This document shows positions 1 to 11,372 of a stretch of 64,000 nt of DNA, one piece after another; positions within the stretch are counted from its first letter, which is position 1; every line of letters starts with the position of its first letter. This stretch comes from Isurus oxyrinchus. Its lineage: Eukaryota. Position numbers and translations under genes: made by a program. The stretch is from NCBI GenBank assembly GCA_026770705.1, contig JANJGN010000005.1:136586001-136650000 (forward strand), written 5' to 3'. The notes under the pieces are model-generated. The model ran no database searches. It was not told the origin of the DNA and saw only the letters and a program-made list of their open reading frames with translations.

Positions 1-424
1 GGACTAAGAAGAGGGAAAGAAAAAGATCACTATCAAGCAACCTCTCCCAGAAACATGCATTAACTTTGTAACCTAACAGGATCAAGCTTGGCATGGTGCC
101 TCGTCCACATCAAAAACAATCCCAGGCCCATTGTCCAGATTCAGAGAATGCCCATTTGATCATGGTCCAGGTGACTTGCCAATACCCATAGAACCGTACC
201 CCAACACGGGTCACCACCTTCAGGAGAGGAAGAGATAAAATCAAAGGGAAAAAAACAACACCGACATTAATCAAGTCACAAACATAATGATGCAAAACGA
301 ACTTTATCACACAGGCACTCAATACCTGAACAGCTAGTTCACCTAAAAGGAGTGATAAAAGATAAAATAATTTTTAAACTTTCATAAATAATTTATTGCG
401 CATTTAATTGTATATAGAGAAAAT

Positions 425-700
425 GTAACAACCTGCATTTATATAGCACCCTTAAGGCAATGAAACATCTCATGGAACCTGACAGGAGCATGATAAAGGC
501 AAAATTTAACACTGAGCCACGTAAGAAGATATTAGAACAGGTAAAGATATAGGTTTTAAGGGGCATCTTAAAAGGAAGAAAGAAAGAGAGGCAGACGGCA
601 CAGAGGTTTAGGGAAGGAATTCCAGAAATTAAGGCCTAGGCCAATGAAGGCACAGTCACCAATGGTGGAACAATTAAAAGTAGGGATGAGCAAGGTGCCA
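425..700 (-). mobile_element. L2-like LINE 3' end fragment
   Basis: caacctgcatttatatagcacc...gaggtttagggaaggaattccaga...gaaggcacag; reverse complement of the tail seen at about 52500-52780. Confidence 0.7.
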
Positions 701-3189
701 GGTGATTTATGTTTCACTAATAACCAAGGACTTGCGTAGCTCTTGGTATCACTCACAACATTAGTTATGCAATGGCTGTCACTTATGTTCTGTAACCACT
801 GGTTGATGTGAATCCTTTATGACTGCGGTTCTGTTTGACTCCAGTGTACACAATGTGCACAATGTGAACAGTGATATTGGATCATGGCTTCTGTATTGCA
901 AATCAGAAATAGATTACAAAAAGGTGTAGCATTTCAATGTCCAAATTAACACTGGGTGATAAATGCTCTTGAACTTAGATATAGGTTGTTTCTTTAGCAA
1001 ACTATATGTATTAAAAAGGGGAATGAGTGGACCCCACACATCCCATCAAGATAGGTTATAAGTCACTTCCACTGAAAATGATCTCAAAGCAGTCAGTCAA
1101 ATTCCAGCAGCATATCAGCACATATTTCAGAATGCGTAATTACTTAACTGAACTACTGTTTACAACCACAGGAATCTTCAGAATTAATTCTGCTTCTCCT
1201 TCGTTCATCAGCATCTGTTCAATTGCCCAGCCAGAAACAGGTCTCTTCAATAAAACTGCTCCAAGGCTAAGCTCAGGAAAAACTGCATGGAACAAAGAAG
1301 TAATGCATTCCTGCATAAAAGACCACAAGCTCAGTTGTTTGTCTAATACAATTACAGTCTGCAAGAAAAGGCAATTTGATAAATGTGTTGCTGGCATATT
1401 AAAAGAAAATGTGTGCAGGAAAGGGAGGCCAGAATTAACTAGCAGTTAAGGGACAAACAGGGACTAAATTTAGTCAAATGCTGTCAAAATCATAGAAGGT
1501 GCTGCCAGTTTGGGTTGTCTAACAAATTTCACTTTTTTCAGCCTCTGCAGTCTGATTGATTCTACTCATTATTTGGTCTGATCTCATTTTCACACATGGA
1601 ATTAATATGAAATCCAGATGTTCATTTGTAGCTGCGCACAGGGAACAACTGCTCATCTACACACAATCCTGTAATATAGGATAACAGGCTCCTTTTCGAA
1701 TTACACAATGCTTCACTTTATGCACAGAGGGTTTTGTACCCAGTTTTAGAATTTAAAAGGATAATCAATTACTACAAGCCATGTTCAAAGTATATCACAT
1801 GCTCTCCAAAATCAGTATTAATGATTAAACACATTTACTATGCATTGTACTACTGTAAGGGTAGGCTGCAGCTTATGCTGTGTTCAACTGCCCAAAAACA
1901 GCCTGTTCAGGTATCAAATGGCCTTAATAGTTACTCATCAATACGCCTTTTCACTACAAAATTTTTTGTTGATGCAGTTTTAGCTTTGCTTCAGATCAAA
2001 ATGTGCAATAAAACAAGAATTAAGTTTGCAAGCTTGACACAGCTTACCATTTTAATGCTTGCCAGGAGATCAACTTTAGGTGTATAACTAATGCAAAGCA
2101 ACATCAAACTGTTTTAGTATCAGCAGAGAGACATTGCTCCACCAGCTGATTATTATTGCAGGGTACAGGTTAGATGTTGTCACTGGTGAGTGAAGATTTG
2201 CATATCTGTGCAGGAACATATGCATGCTGCTCCACTTCAACACTGGAGCAAAGCAGTGATGTAGCTGCACACTTAACTCTCATGCTGACATTCCCTTCGG
2301 GAGGGTTGATAAACAAGAATGGCAATCCCAGCAACTTAATACAAAGGTGTCACTTGTTCATGATGCAGAAGGACCAGATTAAGTCTGCTGGGTCAGTGTT
2401 TTTTTTTAAATATTTGCTTGTTGCATAGTCTTAACTGCCATTTCTTAAATCAAGTCTTCTTGAGTTTGAAGCTTGAAATTATAGAATAGAAAGGAGCAAG
2501 AAAAGAAGCATTCATACATATCACCAAACGTGGAATGCCAAAAATACAAGTACCATATTTACAGATCAAAGTAGCTGTTTTTTTTTAACACTAGGAATTT
2601 ATTAATATTTATTATTTCAAGTTTCAACCTAAATACATCCAACTGTATATTGTCACAGATAAAATCTCATCAATTTCAAAACTGCACTCAGCTTTTGTGA
2701 GAAGGGGCATACGAAGCTTTGTCCAAGCCTTCTACCTTCTAACATTCTTTCCGTGGCAGTGGCATTGAGAGTAAATTTTACACTTCAGTGCGTAATGAAA
2801 ATCTAACCAGAGGCCAGTGTCTGCATGCTCAGGCTCAGATCCCACCCTTGGGATCATCCAGATAACATTCCCAATGACAGAGAAAGCTTTCACAACACAT
2901 TTATGAAGTGATAAGCACACATATAGAAATGTTTTAAATGGTTAAAAAAGCCCCCTTTTGAGTTTTAAAAGCATAGTGCCCAGATTAAGATTTCTTTGAG
3001 GGGGATTTTTTGGAAGCTATTTTAAAGATTGATTCATGAGCGCAGCAAGTTATCAGAGCAAGATTCTGTGGGGAGGGGGCAAATGCATTGATTTCTAAGG
3101 TGTTGTACATGATAATGTAATTAGACACATGCATATATGACCATTTGTGTTGAGTAAAATATTATCTTGCTTTGTTGGTGCCCGAGTCC

Positions 3190-3845
3190 ACAGCAAGGGG
3201 GCACAACTTTTAAATAAGAACGGTACCATTCAGGGGCAATTTTAGAAAGCATTCGTTCTTAGAAAGGGTCATGGAAATCGGGACACTCTTCCTCCAAAAC
3301 GTTATTGAAGCTGGATTAATTGAAAATTTCAGATCTGACATGATAGAATTTTGTTAGGGAAGGGTATTAAGGGATATAAAACCAAGGCAGTATTAAAAAT
3401 CATGTGCGTTCTGGACAGAGTGGATAGGGGGACAGCATTCCCATTAGTGGGAGGATTGAAAACCAGAGGACACTGATTTAAGGTGGTTGACCAAAGGAGC
3501 GACATGAGGAAGAGCTCGTCCACACAGCAAATGATTAGCATCTGGAATACACTGGGAGGAGGGAAGGAGTGTGATTCAAATCATGGCTTTCAAAAAAAGA
3601 TTTGGATCAATGTCTGAAGAGGAAGAATTTACAAGGCTTTAGAGAAAAAGCAGGGGAATGGCATGAGATAAATTGCTCTTGCAGAGAACTGTCAGATACA
3701 ATGGACCAAATGGCCTCCTCCTGTGCCACAACTATTCTAATGATCCTAAGAGAGGTGAATGGAGTTAAGACACAGATCAGCCATGATCAAGCTGAATGGT
3801 GCAACAGGCTTGAGGAACTGAATGATCTACTCCTGTTCCTATGTT
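3190..3845 (+). mobile_element. Cluster of CR1-type LINE 3' end fragments
   Basis: Degenerate end-of-ORF2 (TRGH..K-like) segments and 3' UTR tails (ggaccaaatggcctcctcctgtg; gatcagccatgatc...gaatgatctactcctgttcctatg). Confidence 0.7.
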
Positions 3846-4444
3846 GAAATCTCAACAAACATTCTGATTTGCAGACAGACAACTTCTGACATTGTTCGTG
3901 TCCAAATTTCTACAAGTGACCAACACATGGTGGAATCTGAGCACAGGGTGTACCAAAAACCTTCACATTCTTCAGAAGCTTTCCAATCAGACATCAATGG
4001 GTCACCAGTGTACGGAACAACCTTTGAGGGTGATTTTGGCAGCTTCACTGTTATTCATTAGCAATGATCAAACCACCAAGCCACAAGAAAAATGGTCAAA
4101 CTAGAGCAAAGCACTTCTAGAGTATTTTCACAGCACAAGGTTGCGCCCAAATTATTTGTTAACAGCAGGAATGAGTAGCAAAGCTATACAAAAAAATCTC
4201 AAGGTACCATCTCACAATGTTGTTGCTGGTCATCAGCATAAATAAAAGGAATGTCTTGGAGTAATTACAGAATAAGCCCATCATTCTATTCTGGTTTGCT
4301 AGTTCAAACACCTCTCAATACAAATACAATATAAAAATAAAATACATATTTACATTCCTCACTTTTAACTACTTTGATCAGGTTTACAGCACTTTGAAAA
4401 TTAGGCAAAGAGCAAAAAGTTGCAGATGCTGCAAAACTTAAGGA

Positions 4445-4650
4445 AAAACAAAAAATGCCAGAAACACTCAGCAGATCAATCAGGATCTGTGGAGAGAGGA
4501 TAGGCACGTTAACTTTTTGGGTGTAAACTCTTCCTCAGAACTTTTTGATGAAGAATTATATCTGAAGCATTAGCCCATGTGTTGTCTCCACAGGTCCTGA
4601 CTGACCGGATGAGTGTTTCCGGCACTTTCCAGCATTTTGTGTTTTTTTTT
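4445..4650. mobile_element. Fold-back remnant of two inverted Penelope-type terminal repeats
   Basis: gccagaaacactca...tcaatcaggatctgtggaga pairs with tctccacaggtcctgactga...tgagtgtttccggc; similar to the 9853-10828 family. Confidence 0.6.
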
Positions 4651-5929
4651 CTGATAATAAAGTAATCTGGCTGGAAATACAAAAAAGGCTTTTAGCACAG
4701 CTCTACCGCTGCTATGCGACAAGTATTGGATACTGAATCTGCCTTTGTAGTGAGAATTGGATTTTGTGCTCTAACAACATTTCTTCCAGCTAGCACAGCA
4801 GCAACACCAGTAAAAACAGGTTAAATTGTTATTACAAGTGGTCATTTTGACAGGATTCTCAATCAATACCCCTCTGCCAAGACCTCATATATATCCATAA
4901 AACCCACACAAGTTGTTTAACTTTAAATTCAGCAGAGAAAGGTCACTGTGAAATAATATTTGAAAAGGAAAATTCATTGTTGTTCAAAGATGTAAATGTA
5001 GCACGCATTCGCAACATGCATTAATCCAATCTCCCCAAAGTAGTACAGTCCGTCATCACCATATTGTCTGTATCAGAAGTGTGCACAAAATATACTGCAA
5101 CATTGACATGATTTACACACTTTCAAACCCACAGTTCAACATCATATAACAAATACTTGAACTAACTCACTTATAAAACAGCAGCTTTAGCCAAAAAAGA
5201 AAAACATCTACATTAATACAGTTTATAACTTTTATTATTATTCTTCCAAAATTTTTATACAATATAAAAAATCTCGTAGGGCCAATGGATTGTTTATTAA
5301 GAGGCCTGGTCAATGGCTGATTGTGACAGGGTTGTAAATAGAACATGAGGTACAATACACACAAAATCCAGAACCAAAAATGTTAAAATGGTTTCACATC
5401 TTTCAAAATAAAACTTTCATTTTAAAATGTTAGTGACATTAAAAAAAAAACAAGAGTGCAAAAAGTGCAAAATTCTCCTGAGGGCACATTTTCTTTGAGG
5501 CCACAAGTGCCATTTTTGCCTCCAAAATGGCTTCTGCAGCATTTGTAAATTTTTGGCAAGGGTGTTAGTGTGTGCGCCAGAAGAATGCAGAGTAGGCAGA
5601 TCATGGCAACAATCACCACATAATGCTGACCAGACACCATGCAGCCATTCTGAAACTTAGAGCATCAGCTAATGCAATCTCTTAACCTTGCACAGCTTAA
5701 CATGTGCTCAGCAGGAGGACCCCCTTCCCTGGCCACCACCAGCACCATTCAAAGGGATCATCAACTACTTTCAGGTTAGTTGCTGATTGATTTTATACTG
5801 GCTGCTGCTGTGATCATAGAAGTGCTTGATGGTTTCCAGAATTGTTCAAAGGTGGAGTGATGTGACACATGCTATCGGACTTTGTCCTGACTTCAAAAAT
5901 TCTGTGCAAACCACTGGCTCCCTGAAATG

Positions 5930-6960
5930 GATGCAGTCCTATGCATTCCCTTTGGACAACAGCATAGCTGGGAGAGTGAGAAGAGGCAACAGACAGCAGG
6001 ACAAGCTGCTAGAAGAGGAAAGAGGTAGGGTGGATGGGCTCTCAGCAAGGAAGCCATATTCAGGGGGCAATTATTCTACCTGAACCTCAGTAAGGAACAG
6101 TGTGTCAGGCATCTTCAGTTCATGAAGGGCATCCTCACTTAAATTTTCTCACTGCTGCAGTCAAAATTGCAGCATCAGAGCAGGGTGAGAATGGCATTGC
6201 CAGTGGTCATGAAGCGATGGTGGCCAAAAACTTTATGCACCTGCCTTCTTCCAGGCTGGAGTAGGTGATATTTGTAGCATCCCACAATTTGCTTTCCACT
6301 ATTGCAAAAGGATGGTCACTAGCACTCTGTTCTGAATCCGCTGAATAGATTTCATTCTCTCTTGCCAGAGGGGAGAAGGGGGAGGAGGAGTGAGCAGATT
6401 ACTGTGTAAGGATTGCAGGCTTTCCCATGGCGCAGTGTGCCAATCACTACATCATTTTGTGAGTGCTACATGTCAATTCTGAGATGTATCAGAAACAAAA
6501 GGGATTCCCATTCCCTCAATGTCCAGCTGGTGTGTGATCATACACAACGTATCTTGCAAGTCAATGCCCAGTATCCTGTAACATTCATGCAGCCTTCTTT
6601 CTGTGGCAGCCTGCTGTGTCATCTACATTTGAGCTACCATGATAAACCAGAGGATGGATATTGGGCAACAAGAGTTATCCATTGACCGCATTGCTCATGA
6701 CTCCAATGCACATCCCATACATGCACAAGCAGCGGGAATATAACAAAATCTATAACACCACAAGGAGTGTGATCATGCAGACCATTGGGGTGGGGGGCCT
6801 AATCAAAGCTGCTGCTGCCTGGACCACACTGGGGGTGCCTTGCCGTACTCAGCAGCACATGTCAAGATTTGTGGTGGTCTGCCATGTGTTGCACAACCTT
6901 GCCATCGTGATGGCATAACCCTTGCCCCCAGTTGTATGGCGAGCTGCTGAGGAAAAAGGA
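5930..6960 (+). pseudogene. Fossil PIF/Harbinger transposase (HARBI1-like DDE nuclease), frameshifted
   Basis: Frame pieces RNKRDSHSLNVQLVCDHTQRILQVNAQYP, GWILGNKSYPL..LMTP, EYNKIYNTTRSVIMQTIG and SRFVVVCHVLHNLA match Harbinger motifs (NRKGFHSLNVQ, LGDKGYP, YN..H..TR..IE..IG, C..LHN). Confidence 0.88.
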
Positions 6961-7199
6961 AGAGATAACCAACACAATCCCATTTTGTCTGGGCGCAACT
7001 CATCTAGTAAACACAACCTCAACTTCACCCCTTATACTGCCCATCACAGCACTCACTTGGCCACAAAACTAAAAAGTCACCACAAAATAGACATTTTGAA
7101 ACAAATTTATAAATCAAATCATGTCACAGTGCCTACAAATGTAAACTAATGACTCTTCTCCCTTCCCTTCATGCCTGTCATCCACATGCCTTTGCCTAG

Positions 7200-8560
7200 C
7201 TTAATACTCTAATGCAGTCTTACCCCAGGGGTTGCAGCATGGCTGGTGTAAGGCTGCTGACTTTCACTGGGGGAGACATCCTCAAGCAGTTCTGTCCCAC
7301 AAAGCCCAGCTTTGGACTACGCCATCCTGCCAAGAATGGTGGCAATCTGGGCTGGCTAGCTGAGAGGCAACAGCAAGGGCACTGGCAAAGTTGCAGTGAT
7401 GGGATCACGAATGCTGTGATCCTGAGAGAACAGGTTCATGTTCCTCTGAACCACTGCCATTCCCCAGGGGGGCATCTCAGCAATCTGATTAATCCATTAG
7501 AGGACAGTTTGCTGAATCACGGTGACACCCCACCAAGACCCATTCAGCAGTGTGGCAACTGTCTGAGGTTGCATGATCTTGCAAGGCTTCAGTTTGAAGT
7601 GCCACAACAGCACTCAGGCACTGGTTGGCATCTGCTTGTGCTGCAATGGAAACTGAGACATCGACCATCAGACAGCACATTATGGCAGAGTCCTCAAATG
7701 TGCTAAGGGAGTTGCACATCAATTCCACATTGCAAAGGATGGGCTGTCCCATCAGAAATGCACTGAGCATTTCAGTGTAAATGCCCATCTTCTTCTGTAG
7801 GTTTCCCCATCAAAGTCCTCATTCAAGTCCTCTGCAGCAGAAATCCTGTGCAGCCTCACCCTTTGCAAGCTAGCACCTGTATTACTCTTGCCCTCTGCAG
7901 TGGTGACAGGCAACTGATGCCCACTGTCTCATCATGTGCAGATTCTGCCTTTAAGCCAGCCTCTAAAGTACAGACAGTGTCAGAGTGAGCGGCAGTGTTT
8001 CTTCTTCATTATCATCTTCCTGCTCTTCCATCTCTTTCTCTTCTATCAGTCTGGTCAGATGGCAGTTCTTTGGTACCTGAAAGGAAAAAGGCACAAGGGT
8101 TGGGTCGTGGTGAGGAAAGGGAGAGGGAAGGGAGAGGGAAGGAAGAGGTTCACCACCTGTAGGTTGTAAATCAGAAGAGATTGTGTGATTGGGGGTGGGG
8201 GGGAAGTGCGATGAGAGAAGGTTTAGGTGGAAAGATATCATCTTTGATTATTTCAGCGCTGATACTGATCTCAGTCATAGCCACTCCCATGATGGCAAGT
8301 GCCATCTCCTCATACAACCGTGCCTGTCCCCCATTAGTTAGATGTTGCTATCTCTGGTTATATGCCACTTTGTCCTGCAACAGAGGGGCAAGTGTGTCAG
8401 TGAGTGTGATGCAAATTATTTGATTAATATAGCTGTCACAAATGAAGTGCTGGCAGTGTGTGCAATTTGTAAGATCTGGGTGTGAGGCTTGCAGCAGTGC
8501 TAAATGTGTGAGAATAATGTGAAGCAATGAAGTTAGGTATGATTGTGATTGATGGAGACA
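7200..8560 (-). pseudogene. Fossil second Harbinger gene (Myb/SANT-like protein), spliced and convergent with the transposase
   Basis: Acceptors ctgttgcAG (8375-8376) and tcctttcAG (8077-8078). Peptide DKVAYNQR*QHLTNGGQA resembles the K..HN.....TGGG end of the Myb-like domain, followed by the acidic tract EEKEMEEQEDDNEEE. Confidence 0.6.
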
Positions 8561-8802
8561 GTTGGTGGAGGAGGTGGTCAATTAAGTGATGCATTACTCA
8601 GCATTTCTGACTGAAAATGGTTCCAAAAGCTTCAAACTCATCATCAGAGTAGTCATCAGATTGGAACATAAAGCTATCCTCCAGATCCTGATCCATCAGT
8701 ACCACATATCTTAAGGTTTTGCAGATGGAACAAATGACTCTTTTTAGTCTCTGCTCAAATACAATAGGTAACCTGGAATCTATATATAAACGGTCCAAAT
8801 AT

Positions 8803-9781
8803 TGTTGTGACCCAGACACTTGAAGCAGTTTCCCTAAAGTTACCTGGAAGCAATGTATTTGTTTGTGCATGCGTGTATTTTCTTGCCCATGGAGTGAGAA
8901 ATTCAATTTAAAATAACCCAGCAGCAAAGCCTTTATTACTTAAAAAGAAAAGGTTAGTTTATTTCTACACTCTTGCTCTGGAGGTTACTGAAGGAAAATG
9001 ATGCCACTCTCACACACACATACACACAAAGATTAATTACAGATACTTATAAACATAAATCAAGATTAGTCCATAATCGGTGCAGGCCTGATGTTTTGAA
9101 GTCGAGAAGTGACTGTCTTGAGGTTGTAAAGTTTTCTCTGCAGCTGCGATGGCTTCCACTGTTGAATTGCCAAAGGTTGTTTGAACAGGTGAGTTCAGTA
9201 GGCGGAATCAGGCTTTAAAAAGAGAGAAGATTCCTTACTTCTGTTCTGCAGACATGCCACTTTTAGATGCCTGGTCACTTTAACTGGCAGACCAGTAGCT
9301 ATTCTTAGATGCCTTTGCCTGTCACTCCCTGGGTTGAAGCTTCTTCAAGATGATTCTCTGTGGATTTTCAGCTTCCTGCCTTTCCAATGCTTTATACAAG
9401 TAAGCTAAGATGGCCATTGTTATCATGTGACCTGTACAAAATGCCAAGTCATCTTCCAAATAAGGCATCAACGGTTCAAACAGCCCTTCTCCCATGTCCA
9501 GTTCTTAGCTTTGGTTCTAACCAAAGCACAAATGACATTCTTACAATGAGGCACCAATCAAACTTCGTTATCTCCTGGACGAGACCATAGTGAACCATTA
9601 TTCAATTAAGGATTGCCTTTTGTCCTCTCTGAAGAGTCTGAAATCCACAATTCAGTCTGATAGCTTGGAGCCATTTCGAAACGCAGCCTTTAAACTCAGT
9701 CCAAGGGTTTTTTTTTAAAATATAGCCTCTAAAACAATTTTTCTAAAAAAAATTGTAATATTATAACTGTGCACCATAACA
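8803..9781 (-). mobile_element. Possible solo LTR
   Basis: Termini TGTTGTG...CATAACA (6/7 inverted). Minus strand has TATAAA near 9395 and AATAAA near 8935 and 8960. No target-site duplication seen. Confidence 0.35.
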
Positions 9782-9947
9782 GTTGTCACAATAAGAGTAA
9801 GAGATCATCTTTTTTAAGCATCAGGGTGGTAACACAACATATTAGTGTGCAGAGATAAAAACAAAAAAACTGCGGATGCTGGAAATCCAAAGCAGAAACA
9901 GAATTACCTGGAAAAACTCAGCAGGTCTGGCAGGTGGAGAAGAAAAG

Positions 9948-9986
9948 AGTTGACGTTTCAAGTCTTCTTGACCCTTCAACAGAACT
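9948..9986 (-). ncRNA. Minimal hammerhead ribozyme-like motif (PLE type)
   Basis: AGUU CUGUUGA A GGGUC aagaa GACUU GAAA C GUC AACU: 4-bp stem I, stem II, palindromic ACGU stem III and GUC triplet. Confidence 0.6.
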
Positions 9987-10729
9987 GATTGAATATTAGC
10001 TGGTTTAATATAAGCTGGTTTAAGTTGGGGGAGGGGTGGGGTGGTTGTAGGGACAAGCAAGCAGTGATAGGAGCAGATAATCAAAAGATGTCACAGACAA
10101 AGGAACAAAGAGGTGTTGAAGTTGGTGATATTATCTAAACGAATGTGCTAATTAAGAATGGATGGCAGGACACTCAAGGTACAGCTCTAGTGGGGGTGGG
10201 GTGGAAAGACTAGCAGGGCATACAAGATTTAAAAATAATGGAACTAGGTGGGAAAAGAAAAATCTATATAAATTATTGGAAAAAACAAAAGGAAGGGGGA
10301 AGAAACAGAATGGGGGTGGGGATGGAGGAGGGAGGTCAAGATCTAAAGTTGTTGAATTCAATATTCAGTCCAGAAGGCTGTAAAGTGCCTAGTCGGAAGA
10401 TGAGAACAACTTCTTTGTTCCTTTAAAAACAAAAAACTGTGGATGCTGGAAATCCAAAACAAAAACAGAACTGTTGAAGGGTCATGAGGACTCAAAACGT
10501 CAACTCTTTTCTTCTCCGCCAATGCTGCCAGACCTGCTGAGTTTTTCCAGGTAATTCTGTTTTTCTTTGTTCCTTTGTCTGTGACATCTTTTGATTATCT
10601 GCTCCTATCACTGCTTGCTTGTCCCTACAACCACACCCCCCCACTTCTCTCCCCTCCCCCGGCCCCCCCCCCCACCCCCAATCCCACCTTAAACTAGTTT
10701 ATATTTCACCCCTCTTCTAATATTCAATC

Positions 10730-10768
10730 AGTTCTGTTGAAGGGTCATGAGGACTCGAAACGTCCACT
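10730..10768 (+). ncRNA. Minimal hammerhead ribozyme-like motif (PLE type)
   Basis: AGUU CUGUUGA A GGGUC augag GACUC GAAA C GUC CACU; one stem I mismatch. Confidence 0.55.
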
Positions 10769-11129
10769 CTTTTCTTCTCCGCCGATGCTGCCAGACCTGC
10801 TGAGTTTTTCCAGGTAATTTTGTTTTTGATATTAATGCGCAGGGCAGACTGAAATCCCACCTTAATGGGCATTCGTATCATAGCTTCTTCCACCATCCAG
10901 ATGATGAGTTACTGATCATGATGTAATTATCAGGTATACCACCAAATTGAGTCAAATGTCCTGTTGCCTCTTCATGGTGCAAAAGTTATTTTAAAACAGG
11001 TTGCAAATAGAACATTAAAGATAAAAAACAAATCAATTTCACACAAATTACTTGCAGGAAGTGTTTATTATTCCACATAATAAGGCCAGCACCTTTCTGC
11101 CTATTTGAATTCAACTGTTGCCCCATTAA

Positions 11130-11372
11130 GATACAGTTCTGGACAGCACACCTTAGAAAGGATATATTGGTAATGGTGGCAAAATAGCAGAACTCTCTCC
11201 CCATTAAGCAGTAGATGCTAGCTTAATTATGTTAAATCTGAGGTAGATCGACTTTTACCGACTAAGGGTTTTATTGGATATAAAGGTAGATAAAGGAGTT
11301 AGAATCTAGACAGCCATGAGTTCGAATAGTAGAACAGGCTTGAGAGGCTGAATGGCCTACTCCTGTTCCTAT
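11130..11372 (+). mobile_element. CR1-type LINE 3' fragment
   Basis: cagttctggacagcacaccttagaaaggatata... and tail gaggctgaatggcctactcctgttccta. Confidence 0.7.

Larger units (their letters stand above)
9853..10828 (-). mobile_element. Penelope-like element (PLE) 3' end with inverted and rearranged pseudo-LTR copies
   Basis: Minus strand 10404-10336 encodes LIFRLGTLQPSGLNIEFNNFRS*, typical of the PLE GIY-YIG endonuclease C-terminus. 10471-10828 is the reverse complement of parts of 9895-10110. Confidence 0.85.

Noticed and set aside
1027-2428. ORFs of 84-140 aa near the window start
   Set aside because: No recognisable domain or splice structure; consistent with chance ORFs in intron.
5930-6960. 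Possible domesticated HARBI1-like host gene
   Set aside because: Multiple frameshifts and stops, with loss of conserved acidic residues.
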